A DNA stretch of 63,814 nt, the filler included, from Limisphaerales bacterium (GTDB lineage Bacteria > Verrucomicrobiota > Verrucomicrobiia > Limisphaerales > SIBE01): assembly GCA_044225505.1 (NCBI GenBank). It is 3 parts of 3 records of this genome, joined end to end, with 100 filler letters (N's around TTAATTAATTAA, not from the genome) between each part and the next. Parts side by side here need not be neighbours in the genome. Positions count along the whole stretch, not along the records: positions 47,914 to 63,814 come from JBGAIN010000182.1; 2 more parts are not named here. One strand, given 5' to 3'. The position numbers and the translations under genes were made by a program. Positions 50,234 to 59,773 of this stretch are shown in pieces; position 1 is the stretch's first letter, and each line of letters begins with the position of its first letter. Below the pieces are notes generated by a model that did no database searches, had not been told where the DNA came from, and saw only the letters and a program-made list of their open reading frames with translations.

Positions 50234-51016
50234 TCACGGCGCGCTGCCCTTAGAGCCAGCGTCCCCTTCCCAGTATCCTTCACGGCTATAGTGTTGAAAC
50301 AGAGCGATCTCGTAGTCACGTGAAATGGGTGACGCCGGATCGTAATCTGGTGCCCGTTCAATCCGATCGCGCGTCAAGTCGACACCAACCGCTGATTTTT
50401 CCCAACTCACCTCGCTGATCCATGGTGGCGCCACCAACACTCTTTTTCCTGGCAGCCAGTTGCGTGTCTCGATCATCAGATACCGAATGGCCCAGCTCCG
50501 GTCTTCCACCAGCGCGTCTTCGATATGTCCAATTTCGCCGTCTCGGGCCTGCAACCGATAGCCCGTGATCTCGTTGACACTCCGCAAGTGCGGGTCTCCG
50601 ATCGCTTCGCTCTCTGGCTCGAATGGTCCCGCCTCGGGTAATAAGGGCGCATTTAAGATCGGACACGGAACCGGCCCCCAAAGCGAGGGCCCAGCCCAGT
50701 ATTCTGGCCAGCCAAAATATTTAAAGTAATGCCGCTCAAATTGTCGTGAGACTGGCTGGTCGGCCGTTATCGGCGGGCTATCTGCAACCTGTTGGCGGGT
50801 GAGGGAAACATGAACAATGCCTGTGGAGTCTTCCACATGTTTCACGGCGTGCGGCGACAGCAAAACCTGCCGGTCAGGCAACCAATAACCAGTGTCGGCC
50901 ACCAAATATCGGACCGTCCAGTTTTGATCATCGAAAAACAAGTCTTCGACTTTGCCAATTTCACCGTCGAGCGCTCCAAGCCGATAGCCTTTAAGTCGGT
51001 TAACCTCGCGAAACAT
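50234..51016 (-). CDS. Tandem PRC-barrel domain protein
   Basis: Two repeats of GY.L.A.DGEIG..ED...D...W..RYL...T..WLP. Confidence 0.9.
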   Translation of the reverse strand: MFREVNRLKGYRLGALDGEIGKVEDLFFDDQNWTVRYLVADTGYWLPDRQVLLSPHAVKHVEDSTGIVHVSLTRQQVADSPPITADQPVSRQFERHYFKYFGWPEYWAGPSLWGPVPCPILNAPLLPEAGPFEPESEAIGDPHLRSVNEITGYRLQARDGEIGHIEDALVEDRSWAIRYLMIETRNWLPGKRVLVAPPWISEVSWEKSAVGVDLTRDRIERAPDYDPASPISRDYEIALFQHYSREGYWEGDAGSKGSAP

Positions 51017-51218
51017 AAGGTTCCTTTCTCACCCGTCGGACCGATCCGATTAAGATAAAGCGCTCTGAACTCCATCGCAAACCAGGCAGGATTTGGGTCG
51101 TAGATACAATCTGGCAAAGGCCTAGCGGCGACTGGCGTCAGTAGCCGATGCTGATGATAAAAACAGGGAAATCCCGCATTGCAAAGCGGCCGCTCGAAAC
51201 TAGGTTGCAGCCGAAAGG

Positions 51219-51986
51219 ATGATGACCATGAGAAACCCAAAAACCGCGCTGAGTGGATTGATTGTCTGCTTGACCTTAAGTGGACTAATGTTGGCTAGCA
51301 CCGGCTGCGCTGGTACCCGACATAAACGAAGCACCGGTGCCTACGTCGACGACAAGGCCGTAAGTACCCGCGTTAAAACGGCGTTGTTTCGAGACCCGCT
51401 TGTCAGTGGGTTTGATGTAAAGGTGAACACTTACCGCGGCGAAGTCCAGCTGAACGGCTTTGTTGACAACAACGAACAGAAAGAACGAGCCGCCTCGATT
51501 GCACGCGAAGTCCCGGGCGTTGAGCTCGTGACCAACAACTTGGAGGTGAAGCCGGCTGACCCGGCGGTCGGAACTTCGGGCGCCGCTGTAGAACGAAGCA
51601 CCCGTTCCATGAGTGAACCGATGCTGGATCGTTCAGCGACTGACCCAAATCGTGACGCGCTCTCGAACGAAGTAGCTCCTTTGCCCCCGGTGCGGCACCC
51701 TGGACAGATCGCAGATCCCGCGCCGCTTCGAACCGTTCCAGACCGCTCTGCGGCCGATCGGATCAACGGATCCACGACAGCCCAAAATCCGGACCTGGCG
51801 CCGCTCGATCTTCGAACGCCGCGTAATCTGAAGATTGATGCCTCCAACGGTCGGGCCACCCTGCATGGGACGGTACATACAGAATTTGAGAAACGCGATA
51901 TTGAGCGCCGGGTTCGTGATATTCCCGGGGTTCAAAGCGTAGACAATCAGATTGAGGTGCAGCCGCCTGCTCCTGTGCGCCAGTAA
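51219..51986 (+). CDS. BON-domain lipoprotein (OsmY-like)
   Basis: Lipobox-like STGC, STGAYVDD..VSTRVK, V.TYRGEVQLNGFV, second BON domain at the C-terminus. Confidence 0.9.
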   Translation: MMTMRNPKTALSGLIVCLTLSGLMLASTGCAGTRHKRSTGAYVDDKAVSTRVKTALFRDPLVSGFDVKVNTYRGEVQLNGFVDNNEQKERAASIAREVPGVELVTNNLEVKPADPAVGTSGAAVERSTRSMSEPMLDRSATDPNRDALSNEVAPLPPVRHPGQIADPAPLRTVPDRSAADRINGSTTAQNPDLAPLDLRTPRNLKIDASNGRATLHGTVHTEFEKRDIERRVRDIPGVQSVDNQIEVQPPAPVRQ

Positions 51987-52019
51987 GCGACAGCTCACTT
52001 TGTTTCGGTTAGTTACGGT

Positions 52020-52050
52020 AAGAGCACCGGCATGAGCCGGTGCTCTTTTT
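52020..52050 (+). terminator. Rho-independent terminator after the BON gene
   Basis: AAGAGCACCGGC-ATGA-GCCGGTGCTCTT-TTT. Confidence 0.85.
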
Positions 52051-52448
52051 ATTGAACTTACGGGCGCCGCGCGCCCCGGTTGGCCCGGATCCCAGGTGCC
52101 AAATGTCACCAACGAGTCAACTAGTTGAGCAACAAGATGTTGATTTCAGAACAAAACTCCCGTGACTAAAGCTTAGCCGAGACCGCGACGTTGATTGCAC
52201 TCAGCGATCACGGGCGTCTTGAGAGCAATTGCTCTCAGATAGCGAGCCAAGTGAAAAATAACCCGTCCTCCTTGAGACGGGTTCAGCGTTGAAGAAGAAA
52301 ACTATGTGTTAAGAAACGTACTGGAGATCGCGAAACGTAGCCATCGGGCAAAACCTGAAATTCTCATGGGATTAAGCCCCAGGGCCAGAGCGTAACGGAT
52401 GCGCTTTTTTGCTTTCCAATGCCGCGCGATTCAGCGTTGCTTTACCGT

Positions 52449-53627
52449 ATGGCTTCAGCTTTAGACTTGAGCAGCTTCGTCGCTGATCACGTTCGCCAGA
52501 TCCCCAGGTCCGGGATCCGCGAATTCTTTGATATTGTTCAAACGCAAGCTGGGGTGATCTCGCTTGGAGTCGGAGAACCTGATTTCGCGACGCCGTGGCA
52601 TATTCGAGAAGCTGCCATCTATGCCTTGGAGCATGGCAAAACGAGTTACACCTCGAATTTGGGGTTACTTAAGCTACGGCAAGCGATTTGCGCGCATCTC
52701 GAGACTCATTTTGGAGTCGGGTATAATCCGCAGACGCAAATTCTGATTGCTGTTGGGGTTAGCGAAGCCCTCGATATTGCTTTACGGGCGTTAATTAACC
52801 CTGGAGACGAGATTCTCTATCACGAGCCTTGTTATGTCAGTTACTCCCCAAGTGTTGCGCTGGCGCACGGGGTTCCCGTGTCGATCGCTTGTACAGCGGA
52901 GAATGGGTTTGCCGTGAAAGCCGAAGCTATCGAAAAGGCGATCACGCCTCGCAGCAAGGTCTTGGTCCTCAATTTTCCAACCAACCCAACCGGCGGGACC
53001 CTGACGCGCGTGGAATTGCTTCGGATTGCGGAGGTCGTGCTGCGCCACAATCTACTGGTGATCACCGATGAGATTTACTCGGAGCTCACATTTGAGGGGG
53101 ACCATGTCAGTATTGCGTCCCTGCCTGGGATGCGGGAGCGGACGGTCTTCCTGCATGGTTTTAGCAAAGCGTACGCCATGACTGGGTTCCGAATTGGCTA
53201 TGCGTGCGGACCTGCTGAGATCATCGAGGCGATGATGCGAATCCACCAGTATTCTATGCTGTGCGCAAGCATTATCAGCCAGGAAGCTGCGTTAGAAGCG
53301 ATTCAACACGGCGAGCCAGACACGATCGAAATGCGCGATCAGTATCGAGTTCGGCGCAACTACATTGTGAATGCTCTCAATGACATGGGGCTTTCCTGTC
53401 ACCAGCCGCGGGGATCGTTCTATGCCTTTCCCTGCATCCGTTCTACCGGACTCTCCTCGAAAGAGTTTGCATTGCGCCTCTTGCAGCAGGAGAAGGTGGC
53501 TTGTGTTCCGGGCAGCGCCTTCGGGCCGAGCGGTGAGGGATTTGTCCGATGTTGCTTCGCAACAGCACTCGATCAGATCCAGCTTGCGACGCAACGGATG
53601 GAGCGGTTTGTGAAGGCTCTCAAGTGA
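52449..53627 (+). CDS. Class I/II PLP-dependent aminotransferase
   Basis: SLGVGEPDF, NFPTNPTG, DEIY, GFSKAYAMTGFRIGY. Confidence 0.95.
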   Translation: MASALDLSSFVADHVRQIPRSGIREFFDIVQTQAGVISLGVGEPDFATPWHIREAAIYALEHGKTSYTSNLGLLKLRQAICAHLETHFGVGYNPQTQILIAVGVSEALDIALRALINPGDEILYHEPCYVSYSPSVALAHGVPVSIACTAENGFAVKAEAIEKAITPRSKVLVLNFPTNPTGGTLTRVELLRIAEVVLRHNLLVITDEIYSELTFEGDHVSIASLPGMRERTVFLHGFSKAYAMTGFRIGYACGPAEIIEAMMRIHQYSMLCASIISQEAALEAIQHGEPDTIEMRDQYRVRRNYIVNALNDMGLSCHQPRGSFYAFPCIRSTGLSSKEFALRLLQQEKVACVPGSAFGPSGEGFVRCCFATALDQIQLATQRMERFVKALK

Positions 53628-53774
53628 TCCAGGCGGAGCGGGAATGGTTTCGCAGTGCCGGGAAGTCCCGCTTGGTTTGGTTGACTTGAATCAAGGGCGC
53701 GGCTGTCCAGCTTCGGCAACATGGAGAGAGCGAGCGCGATCGCAGCCCATGCGCGCTCCAACCAAAGCGCCACC

Positions 53775-55124
53775 ATGAAACCGGAATCGGCCGACCAAAA
53801 AGCCCTCACTTCCCGACGTCAATTTCTCAAAACCTCCGCCACGGCCGTGGCCAGTGCCGCGGTGGCCACCGCCGTGATGCGTCCCGGGTATACAGCGGAG
53901 ACAAATACCTTGAAGATTGCTCTCATCGGGTGTGGCGGACGTGGCACAGGAGCCGCGGCACAAGCACTTTCAACGGAAGGCCCAACCCAGTTGTGGGCGG
54001 TCGCCGATGTGTTTGAACATCGGATTGACAGCTGCTTAAAAGGGCTTTCCGCACAGCATGCTGCTCAGATTCATGTGCCGGTCGAACGCCGCTTCGTCGG
54101 TCTGGACGGATTTCGAAAAGCGATCGACAGCTTGGATAAGGGAGACGTCGTTTTGCTCGCGACACCGCCCGCATTTCGCCCGATTCACTTTGCCTACGCG
54201 GTGGAGAAAGGCTGCCACGTATTCATGGAAAAGAGCTTCGCGGTGGATGCGCCCGGGATACGGCGCGTCCTGCGGACGGGCGAAATCGCGAGTCAGAAAG
54301 GTTTGAAGGTAGCGGGCGGGTTGATGAGCCGCCATTATCGACCGCTAGCTGAGGCTGTCGAACAGATCCATGGCGGAGCCATTGGCGAAGTAATCACCGC
54401 GTGGGCCTACCGCATGCACGGCCCGGTTGGAGTCAATCCGCGTCAAACGGGAATGTCCGAGCTAGCTTACCAGATTGCCAACTACAGTTGTTTCACTTGG
54501 CTCAATGGCAGTTTCCTGGTCGATTGGCTCATCCACAATATCGACGTTTGCTGCTGGGTAAAAGACGCCTGGCCGGTTTCTGTTCAAGGAATGGGCGGCA
54601 GGCAAGTGCGGAAAGCCCCGGACCAACTTTTCGATCATTATGCAGCTGAGTATAGCTTTGCCGACGGGACGAGGCTCTTCGCTCAAGGACGGCACCAGAC
54701 AAAATGCTACGATTTTTTTGGCGACATTATTCATGGAGCGAAAGGCTGCGCTGTGCTGGGCGAAGGTCAACCGAAGCCGCGCCTGTTTCGGGGTCACAAG
54801 ATGAGTTCGGAAGCCCTGATCTGGGACTACAAAGGCCCCGCATGTGACGCTTATCAGTTTGAGCACGATCTGCTCTTTGACGCCATTCGGAAAGATCAGC
54901 CCTACAATGAAACCGAGCGATGCGCCAAATCCTGTTTCACAGCGATCATGGGACGGATGGCCTGTGAATCTGGTCGGGTCGTTACGTGGGAAGAGGCTTT
55001 GGCGTCCAACGTTGAGCTCGCTCCGGGACTAGAGCAACTAACCTGGGAAGGGGTACCCCCTGTCGTCGGCGACTCCGAGGGGCACTATCCAGTCGCTGTG
55101 CCAGGAGAAACAGAAGCGTTTTAG
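53775..55124 (+). CDS. Tat-exported Gfo/Idh/MocA oxidoreductase
   Basis: SRRQFLK, LIGCGGRGTGA, TPP.FRP.H, FMEK, IHNID. Confidence 0.9.
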   Translation: MKPESADQKALTSRRQFLKTSATAVASAAVATAVMRPGYTAETNTLKIALIGCGGRGTGAAAQALSTEGPTQLWAVADVFEHRIDSCLKGLSAQHAAQIHVPVERRFVGLDGFRKAIDSLDKGDVVLLATPPAFRPIHFAYAVEKGCHVFMEKSFAVDAPGIRRVLRTGEIASQKGLKVAGGLMSRHYRPLAEAVEQIHGGAIGEVITAWAYRMHGPVGVNPRQTGMSELAYQIANYSCFTWLNGSFLVDWLIHNIDVCCWVKDAWPVSVQGMGGRQVRKAPDQLFDHYAAEYSFADGTRLFAQGRHQTKCYDFFGDIIHGAKGCAVLGEGQPKPRLFRGHKMSSEALIWDYKGPACDAYQFEHDLLFDAIRKDQPYNETERCAKSCFTAIMGRMACESGRVVTWEEALASNVELAPGLEQLTWEGVPPVVGDSEGHYPVAVPGETEAF

Positions 55125-55160
55125 GAGCATTCCCGAGGTGCGTCTCCCGGATGGCTGGCG

Positions 55161-56579
55161 TCACGAATGATTCGATTCAACTTGCGCCGCGGGAGCAGGC
55201 AGAGAGCGTTGAATCTCGGAAAGTCGGTAGCCGTAGCCCGGCCCGCGGAGGGTCGTGAGGTCGACGACTCCTCGGCGGCGTTGATATAGCCCAGGATGAA
55301 CCGCTTGCTCGGGAAGTGAAGCTTCGGGATAAAACTGCATCCCGTTAGTTTCCACCCCCATGATCGTTCCGACGTGGGCCGCCAAACGAACGTGGGGAAT
55401 CTGAGCCAGCATTGGGTTGCTCAGATCTTGGACCATCAACGTCATGCCGTGCGCCTTGGCCCAACACGCGCTTAAGATCGCTTCACTTTGCGTCTTGCAG
55501 GTCTTGAGGGCAACGCCGGACCATCCTAGCTCGCGTCCCAGTCGAATGACTCGCCAGTCATGGGCACTCTCGTCCAGAAACAGTGGTTTTCTCGCTGACA
55601 CACTGTGCGCGTCGATCCGGTACTTCTCCAGGTCGTATGGGAATGGCTGCTCCACATATAAAATCATGCCAAAGATGCGCGCTTGCTCATCGCGCAGCCG
55701 ATCGAGCAGCGAGTTGACGTAAGACGGGTCCATTACCGTGCAGTTGAAATCGGCGGTTAGCCATTCCACGTTCTTTGCCACCGCGACTTTACCGACTCGC
55801 ACCAGCCGATGGTAATCCCAATCCCAATCGTTCCCGCGCAGCTTGACTTTCAGGCACGTGAGCCCGTCGCGATCAATCCAGTCGCTCAATAAGACAGGAT
55901 AGCCGTCCTTCGGTTCGTCTCCGCTCAATTCACACTCGTGGATCAGATCGAGACCTCCGACCAAATGCCACGCGCGCAGGGAAGTCGGCGGTTCGTTGGT
56001 TAGAAATTCCGCTGGGTACCGGTCGGCAAACGTCACTGTGCTGCCTGAAGCCGGAGTGAGGAAGTCGGCCAGGTCGCGGTTCATGAACTCGGATCCGAAC
56101 GTGGTGTAGACATCGCGACGCAACAACTGCCCGTAGGCATCGTGCAGCGCAAGGTCGAAAGGCGAGCAGCAGACCAGCGCCGCTAGCCAAGGCATGCGTT
56201 CGCCAGTGGCCTGAACGTCGGCATTCGCACCTTTGAGTAATCCGGGTAAAACCTCCTCTTTGAACATGTAGCCCAATTCCAAGGGATGTCCCAATTGATC
56301 GAAGACTGGCCACGCCCGGGTCAGAGCTTCGGTAAAGCGCTTGAGCTGCTCAAACCTCGTTTGATATGGTAAGCTACTCGGCCAGACCCATTGCACACTG
56401 AGCGGGGTTTCGCCCCAGCCCTCGGCTTCATGGCCGTTCCGGTCGACCACTCGAAGTCGAACCCGCGCGCATGTTACCTCCGTCAATGTTTCCGGTCCAA
56501 ACTTGAGTGGGACACGAGCCCGCATCGGCAAGTAGTACAACGTCGCGGACCGAACTTGGATATCGGTAGGTTTCTTCAT
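55161..56579 (-). CDS. Enolase-superfamily (MR/MLE) enzyme
   Basis: GWGE, LKVKL, ADFN, VEQP, LDES, ALKTCK. Confidence 0.85.
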   Translation of the reverse strand: MKKPTDIQVRSATLYYLPMRARVPLKFGPETLTEVTCARVRLRVVDRNGHEAEGWGETPLSVQWVWPSSLPYQTRFEQLKRFTEALTRAWPVFDQLGHPLELGYMFKEEVLPGLLKGANADVQATGERMPWLAALVCCSPFDLALHDAYGQLLRRDVYTTFGSEFMNRDLADFLTPASGSTVTFADRYPAEFLTNEPPTSLRAWHLVGGLDLIHECELSGDEPKDGYPVLLSDWIDRDGLTCLKVKLRGNDWDWDYHRLVRVGKVAVAKNVEWLTADFNCTVMDPSYVNSLLDRLRDEQARIFGMILYVEQPFPYDLEKYRIDAHSVSARKPLFLDESAHDWRVIRLGRELGWSGVALKTCKTQSEAILSACWAKAHGMTLMVQDLSNPMLAQIPHVRLAAHVGTIMGVETNGMQFYPEASLPEQAVHPGLYQRRRGVVDLTTLRGPGYGYRLSEIQRSLPAPAAQVESNHS

Positions 56580-56598
56580 CGCTTCGACCTGTCAGCAA

Positions 56599-57996
56599 TC
56601 ATTCTGGCAACGGCTTCCCTTTGGTCTCGGGCGCAAACCAAATCAAGACCATTCCCACGAGGTAAACCAAGGTTACGATCGCCCCCGCGCGGGAATAGCT
56701 CCCTTCAAACGCCGCCACCAACTGGCCTTGGGTCAGCGCCCCGACGGCGGCAAAAATGCGACCGAAATTGTAACTCAAGCCCTGGCCAGTCGCACGCACC
56801 CGTGTGGGAAACAACTCCGGAAAATAGAGTGGAAACCAGCCGTAAAATGAGGCCGTGGATAAACTCATGACGAAGGCGAGCCCAAGGAACCCGGAAGTAA
56901 AGGTCGAGACCGAGCGAAATGTGAAGGCGCAAATCAGAAACGAAGCCAAACAAAGCAAGAAGTAGGCAGGACGGCGTCCAAGACGGGCGCCAATGAGAGG
57001 GGCTAGGAGCGTTCCAATGATTGCGCCCAATCCCTGGATCATCTGCATATTAGCGGTAGCTTTGCCGGCATCTTGTTTCACGCGGGTTTCGGCCGCAGTT
57101 CTCTCGGCGCCAGGCCCATTTGGAGCTTCTGCAGGCACATACCAGTCTGGATGCTGTCGTTTCAGTTCCGCGAAACCGTGTTCCGCCACCATCTGGTTCG
57201 CCCATAACGGCAGCCATTGGACGGACCCCCAAGTCCCAATCAGCGCCACGGAGGCGAACGAAATTGCCAAGAGAGTTCGCCCGCGCAGCCCTGCGCCAAA
57301 GACCTCGCGCAAGGGATGGCCATGACCAGCTTTGATCGATTGGCGCCAGCGCTCCGATTCCGGGACCATCGCGATGATAAAAACGACGAGAAACGCAGGA
57401 AAGGCTGCGACGATCAGCATCCAACGCCATGATTCGGGGGTCACTTGATGCAGGCGGGCTGTGAATCCGACGAGCAAGAAACCGACGTTTGCCGCAGCCC
57501 CGATCGATCCCGCTAAGAGGGGCCGCCATTTCTCCGGCCAGCATTCCATTACCAGGGCGACCCCGAGCGACCATTGGCCGCCCATACCCAAAGCCGAAAT
57601 GAAACGGACCCAAGCCAAGTCGCTTGGGCTGGAAGCAAGATAGCCAAAGCCAGTCACGAGAGAATAGGTGAGGATACTGAATGCCATGGCCTTGACGCGG
57701 CCGATTCGATCCCCAAGCCAGCCGAAAACAAGCCCGCCCAAAGCAGCCCCGAGAAGAAAGCACGCGGTGATAATTCCCATCCACCAGCCCACCTGCGCGT
57801 CACCCGCGCCGCCAATCAGACTCTTGAGCGCAGGTCGGGCGATGACCGGGAATAGCCCGATCTCATATCCGTCGAATAGCCAGCCGAGAAAGGCAGCCGC
57901 AAGCACTAACCATTGTCCTGAGCTTAACGTAGTCGGAGCGCCTGGCGCCGGACCTGCCCCCACGCCGCTGGAAGTCACCTTAGCTTTGTTTTCCAT
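56599..57996 (-). CDS. MFS transporter
   Basis: GWLFDGYE, FGWLGDRIGR, PELFPTRVRATGQG..YNFGR. Confidence 0.93.
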   Translation of the reverse strand: MENKAKVTSSGVGAGPAPGAPTTLSSGQWLVLAAAFLGWLFDGYEIGLFPVIARPALKSLIGGAGDAQVGWWMGIITACFLLGAALGGLVFGWLGDRIGRVKAMAFSILTYSLVTGFGYLASSPSDLAWVRFISALGMGGQWSLGVALVMECWPEKWRPLLAGSIGAAANVGFLLVGFTARLHQVTPESWRWMLIVAAFPAFLVVFIIAMVPESERWRQSIKAGHGHPLREVFGAGLRGRTLLAISFASVALIGTWGSVQWLPLWANQMVAEHGFAELKRQHPDWYVPAEAPNGPGAERTAAETRVKQDAGKATANMQMIQGLGAIIGTLLAPLIGARLGRRPAYFLLCLASFLICAFTFRSVSTFTSGFLGLAFVMSLSTASFYGWFPLYFPELFPTRVRATGQGLSYNFGRIFAAVGALTQGQLVAAFEGSYSRAGAIVTLVYLVGMVLIWFAPETKGKPLPE

Positions 57997-58993
57997 AGAA
58001 GAGATTCCGGCCAGCCACAAGCGCAGCCATTTTTCGATCCGCAACGGAACGCGGCAACATCCAAAACCCACAATCGGGGTGCACCCACTGCACGCGGTCT
58101 GCGCCGAGGACTTTTACGGCCTGTTCGATGCGGCCGGCCACGACCGACGGAGATTCCACTTCGTTGTCCTTAATATCGATCACTCCAATTCCTAGACCAA
58201 TGTCCGACCGAATCTCGCGCAGCCACTGGATTTCATCAGTCTCGCGCCGTGCCACCTCCAAAATGAGGTGGTGACAATGGAGAGCATTGAGAAAAGAGAT
58301 TAAGCTATGCCAGTCACCTTTTTGAATCGTTTGGCCACCGTAGTTTCCGAAACAGAGGTGGATGGCTTTCTCGTGACGCACTCCCTGAAGCACGTGATTG
58401 ATCGGTTCGTGTGCCCACGCCAAATCCTCAAGGTGGCCCGTGATATGCGCCTCGTCCAATTGCACGACAGCCGCATCGATCTCCTGGACCTGGATCCGCA
58501 GGACCTCCGCCAGGGCCATCGCCAGAGCACGCTCATCTTTGTAGTGACAGTCGAGCAACGTCTTGGCCAGCATGTACGGGGAAGTCACCGTGAATTTCAA
58601 CGGCTGTTTCGTCAGGTCCCTCACTGCGCTCCACACGGACGGCAGGTCCAAGGTGCCCGGGCCGATCGCAGAGCGTACCATCCCAGCAGGTCGCGTCCGA
58701 AATGACGTCCGAGCTTGGGCGCGGAAGCGGAGAATCTCGTCGCGACTGAGCGCACTCGAGATTCCCTCCATTGGCCGGGTAAAATATTCGATCATCCCGT
58801 TGGTTTCCGGATGATTGATGTCGAACCGGGTGAGTTCTCCGTCCGTCAGCACGTCCAAGCCGGCCAACTCTTGTGTCTTTAGGACGACCAAGACAGCATC
58901 TCGCAGATTGGACGCCGCAGGGAGAGTGGCCAACCAGGAAGGAATTGGATAGCTGCCAACGACGGTGGTCTGAATTGGCTTGGACGATGGCAT
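57980..58993 (-). CDS. Single-barrel cobalamin-independent methionine synthase II family protein
   Basis: TTVVGSYP, QELAGLDVLTDGE, QLDEA, Zn ligands HLC and PDCG. Confidence 0.88.
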   Translation of the reverse strand: MPSSKPIQTTVVGSYPIPSWLATLPAASNLRDAVLVVLKTQELAGLDVLTDGELTRFDINHPETNGMIEYFTRPMEGISSALSRDEILRFRAQARTSFRTRPAGMVRSAIGPGTLDLPSVWSAVRDLTKQPLKFTVTSPYMLAKTLLDCHYKDERALAMALAEVLRIQVQEIDAAVVQLDEAHITGHLEDLAWAHEPINHVLQGVRHEKAIHLCFGNYGGQTIQKGDWHSLISFLNALHCHHLILEVARRETDEIQWLREIRSDIGLGIGVIDIKDNEVESPSVVAGRIEQAVKVLGADRVQWVHPDCGFWMLPRSVADRKMAALVAGRNLFYGKQS

Positions 58994-58999
58994 GAGCCC

Positions 59000-59773
59000 T
59001 TAGGGAATGCAGAATTGATCGGCCGGCAAATCGGTGATGAACGCGTGACCCGGAGCGTGCGTCACCATGAAATCCAGTTTTGAATCTATCGCCGCCCGTT
59101 GCGGAGTCACGCCGCACGCCCAAAACACCGGGAGGATTCCATTCGGGATGCGTTCGACAGGTTCACCAAAAAGCGGGTGCAGCAGGTCTGCGCCTATTTG
59201 CGCTGGATCGCCCAGGTGCACGGGCGCCCCATGATTGAAGGGGAATCGGCCGGTGAGTTGCGTAGCAATAATCGCCTGCGCCGGAGTCATCCACCGCATT
59301 GTGACCACCAAGGAGGAGGTGAATCGACCGGCAGGAACGGTTGGTAGGTGGGTGTCCAAAACCCAGATCTGTTTGGAGCGTGGAACCCCGGCTCTTTCCA
59401 ACGCATGATCGAAAGTCATGCTCGAGCCGATCAGGAAGGCGATGCTGTCCAATCGCCAGTGGGATTGGATATCCGTGACGTACTCGCGCAGCACGCCCCG
59501 TTCGTAGACGGCGTAGCGCGGCAGGTCAGAACGCAAATCGGCTCCGGAGGCACAACGTCGCGGATATGGATCGCCAGCGTCCAAAACCTCAAGGAGCGGA
59601 CAAGCTCGGGGATTTCGCTGACAATAAACCAGAAAATCGTAGGCGTCCCGCTGTGGCAGAACCACGAGATTGCATTGGACGAACCCTGGGAATTGAAATG
59701 TCGTGGGGCCCGTCCAATTGCCGCGACGCATCGCCAGGCGAGCTTCGGCCGGGCTGGAAATGCTCGCCGTCAT
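59000..59773 (-). CDS. DUF1445/D-glutamate cyclase family protein
   Basis: VQCNLVVLP, FLVYCQRNPRACPLLEV, PVFWACGVTPQ, THAPGH.FITD. Confidence 0.88.
   Translation of the reverse strand: MTASISSPAEARLAMRRGNWTGPTTFQFPGFVQCNLVVLPQRDAYDFLVYCQRNPRACPLLEVLDAGDPYPRRCASGADLRSDLPRYAVYERGVLREYVTDIQSHWRLDSIAFLIGSSMTFDHALERAGVPRSKQIWVLDTHLPTVPAGRFTSSLVVTMRWMTPAQAIIATQLTGRFPFNHGAPVHLGDPAQIGADLLHPLFGEPVERIPNGILPVFWACGVTPQRAAIDSKLDFMVTHAPGHAFITDLPADQFCIP

Noticed and set aside
51112..51127. GG-N10-GC match TGGCAAAGGCCTAGC between the PRC and BON genes
   Set aside because: Weak -12 element (TAGC rather than TTGC); such matches arise by chance in GC-rich DNA.
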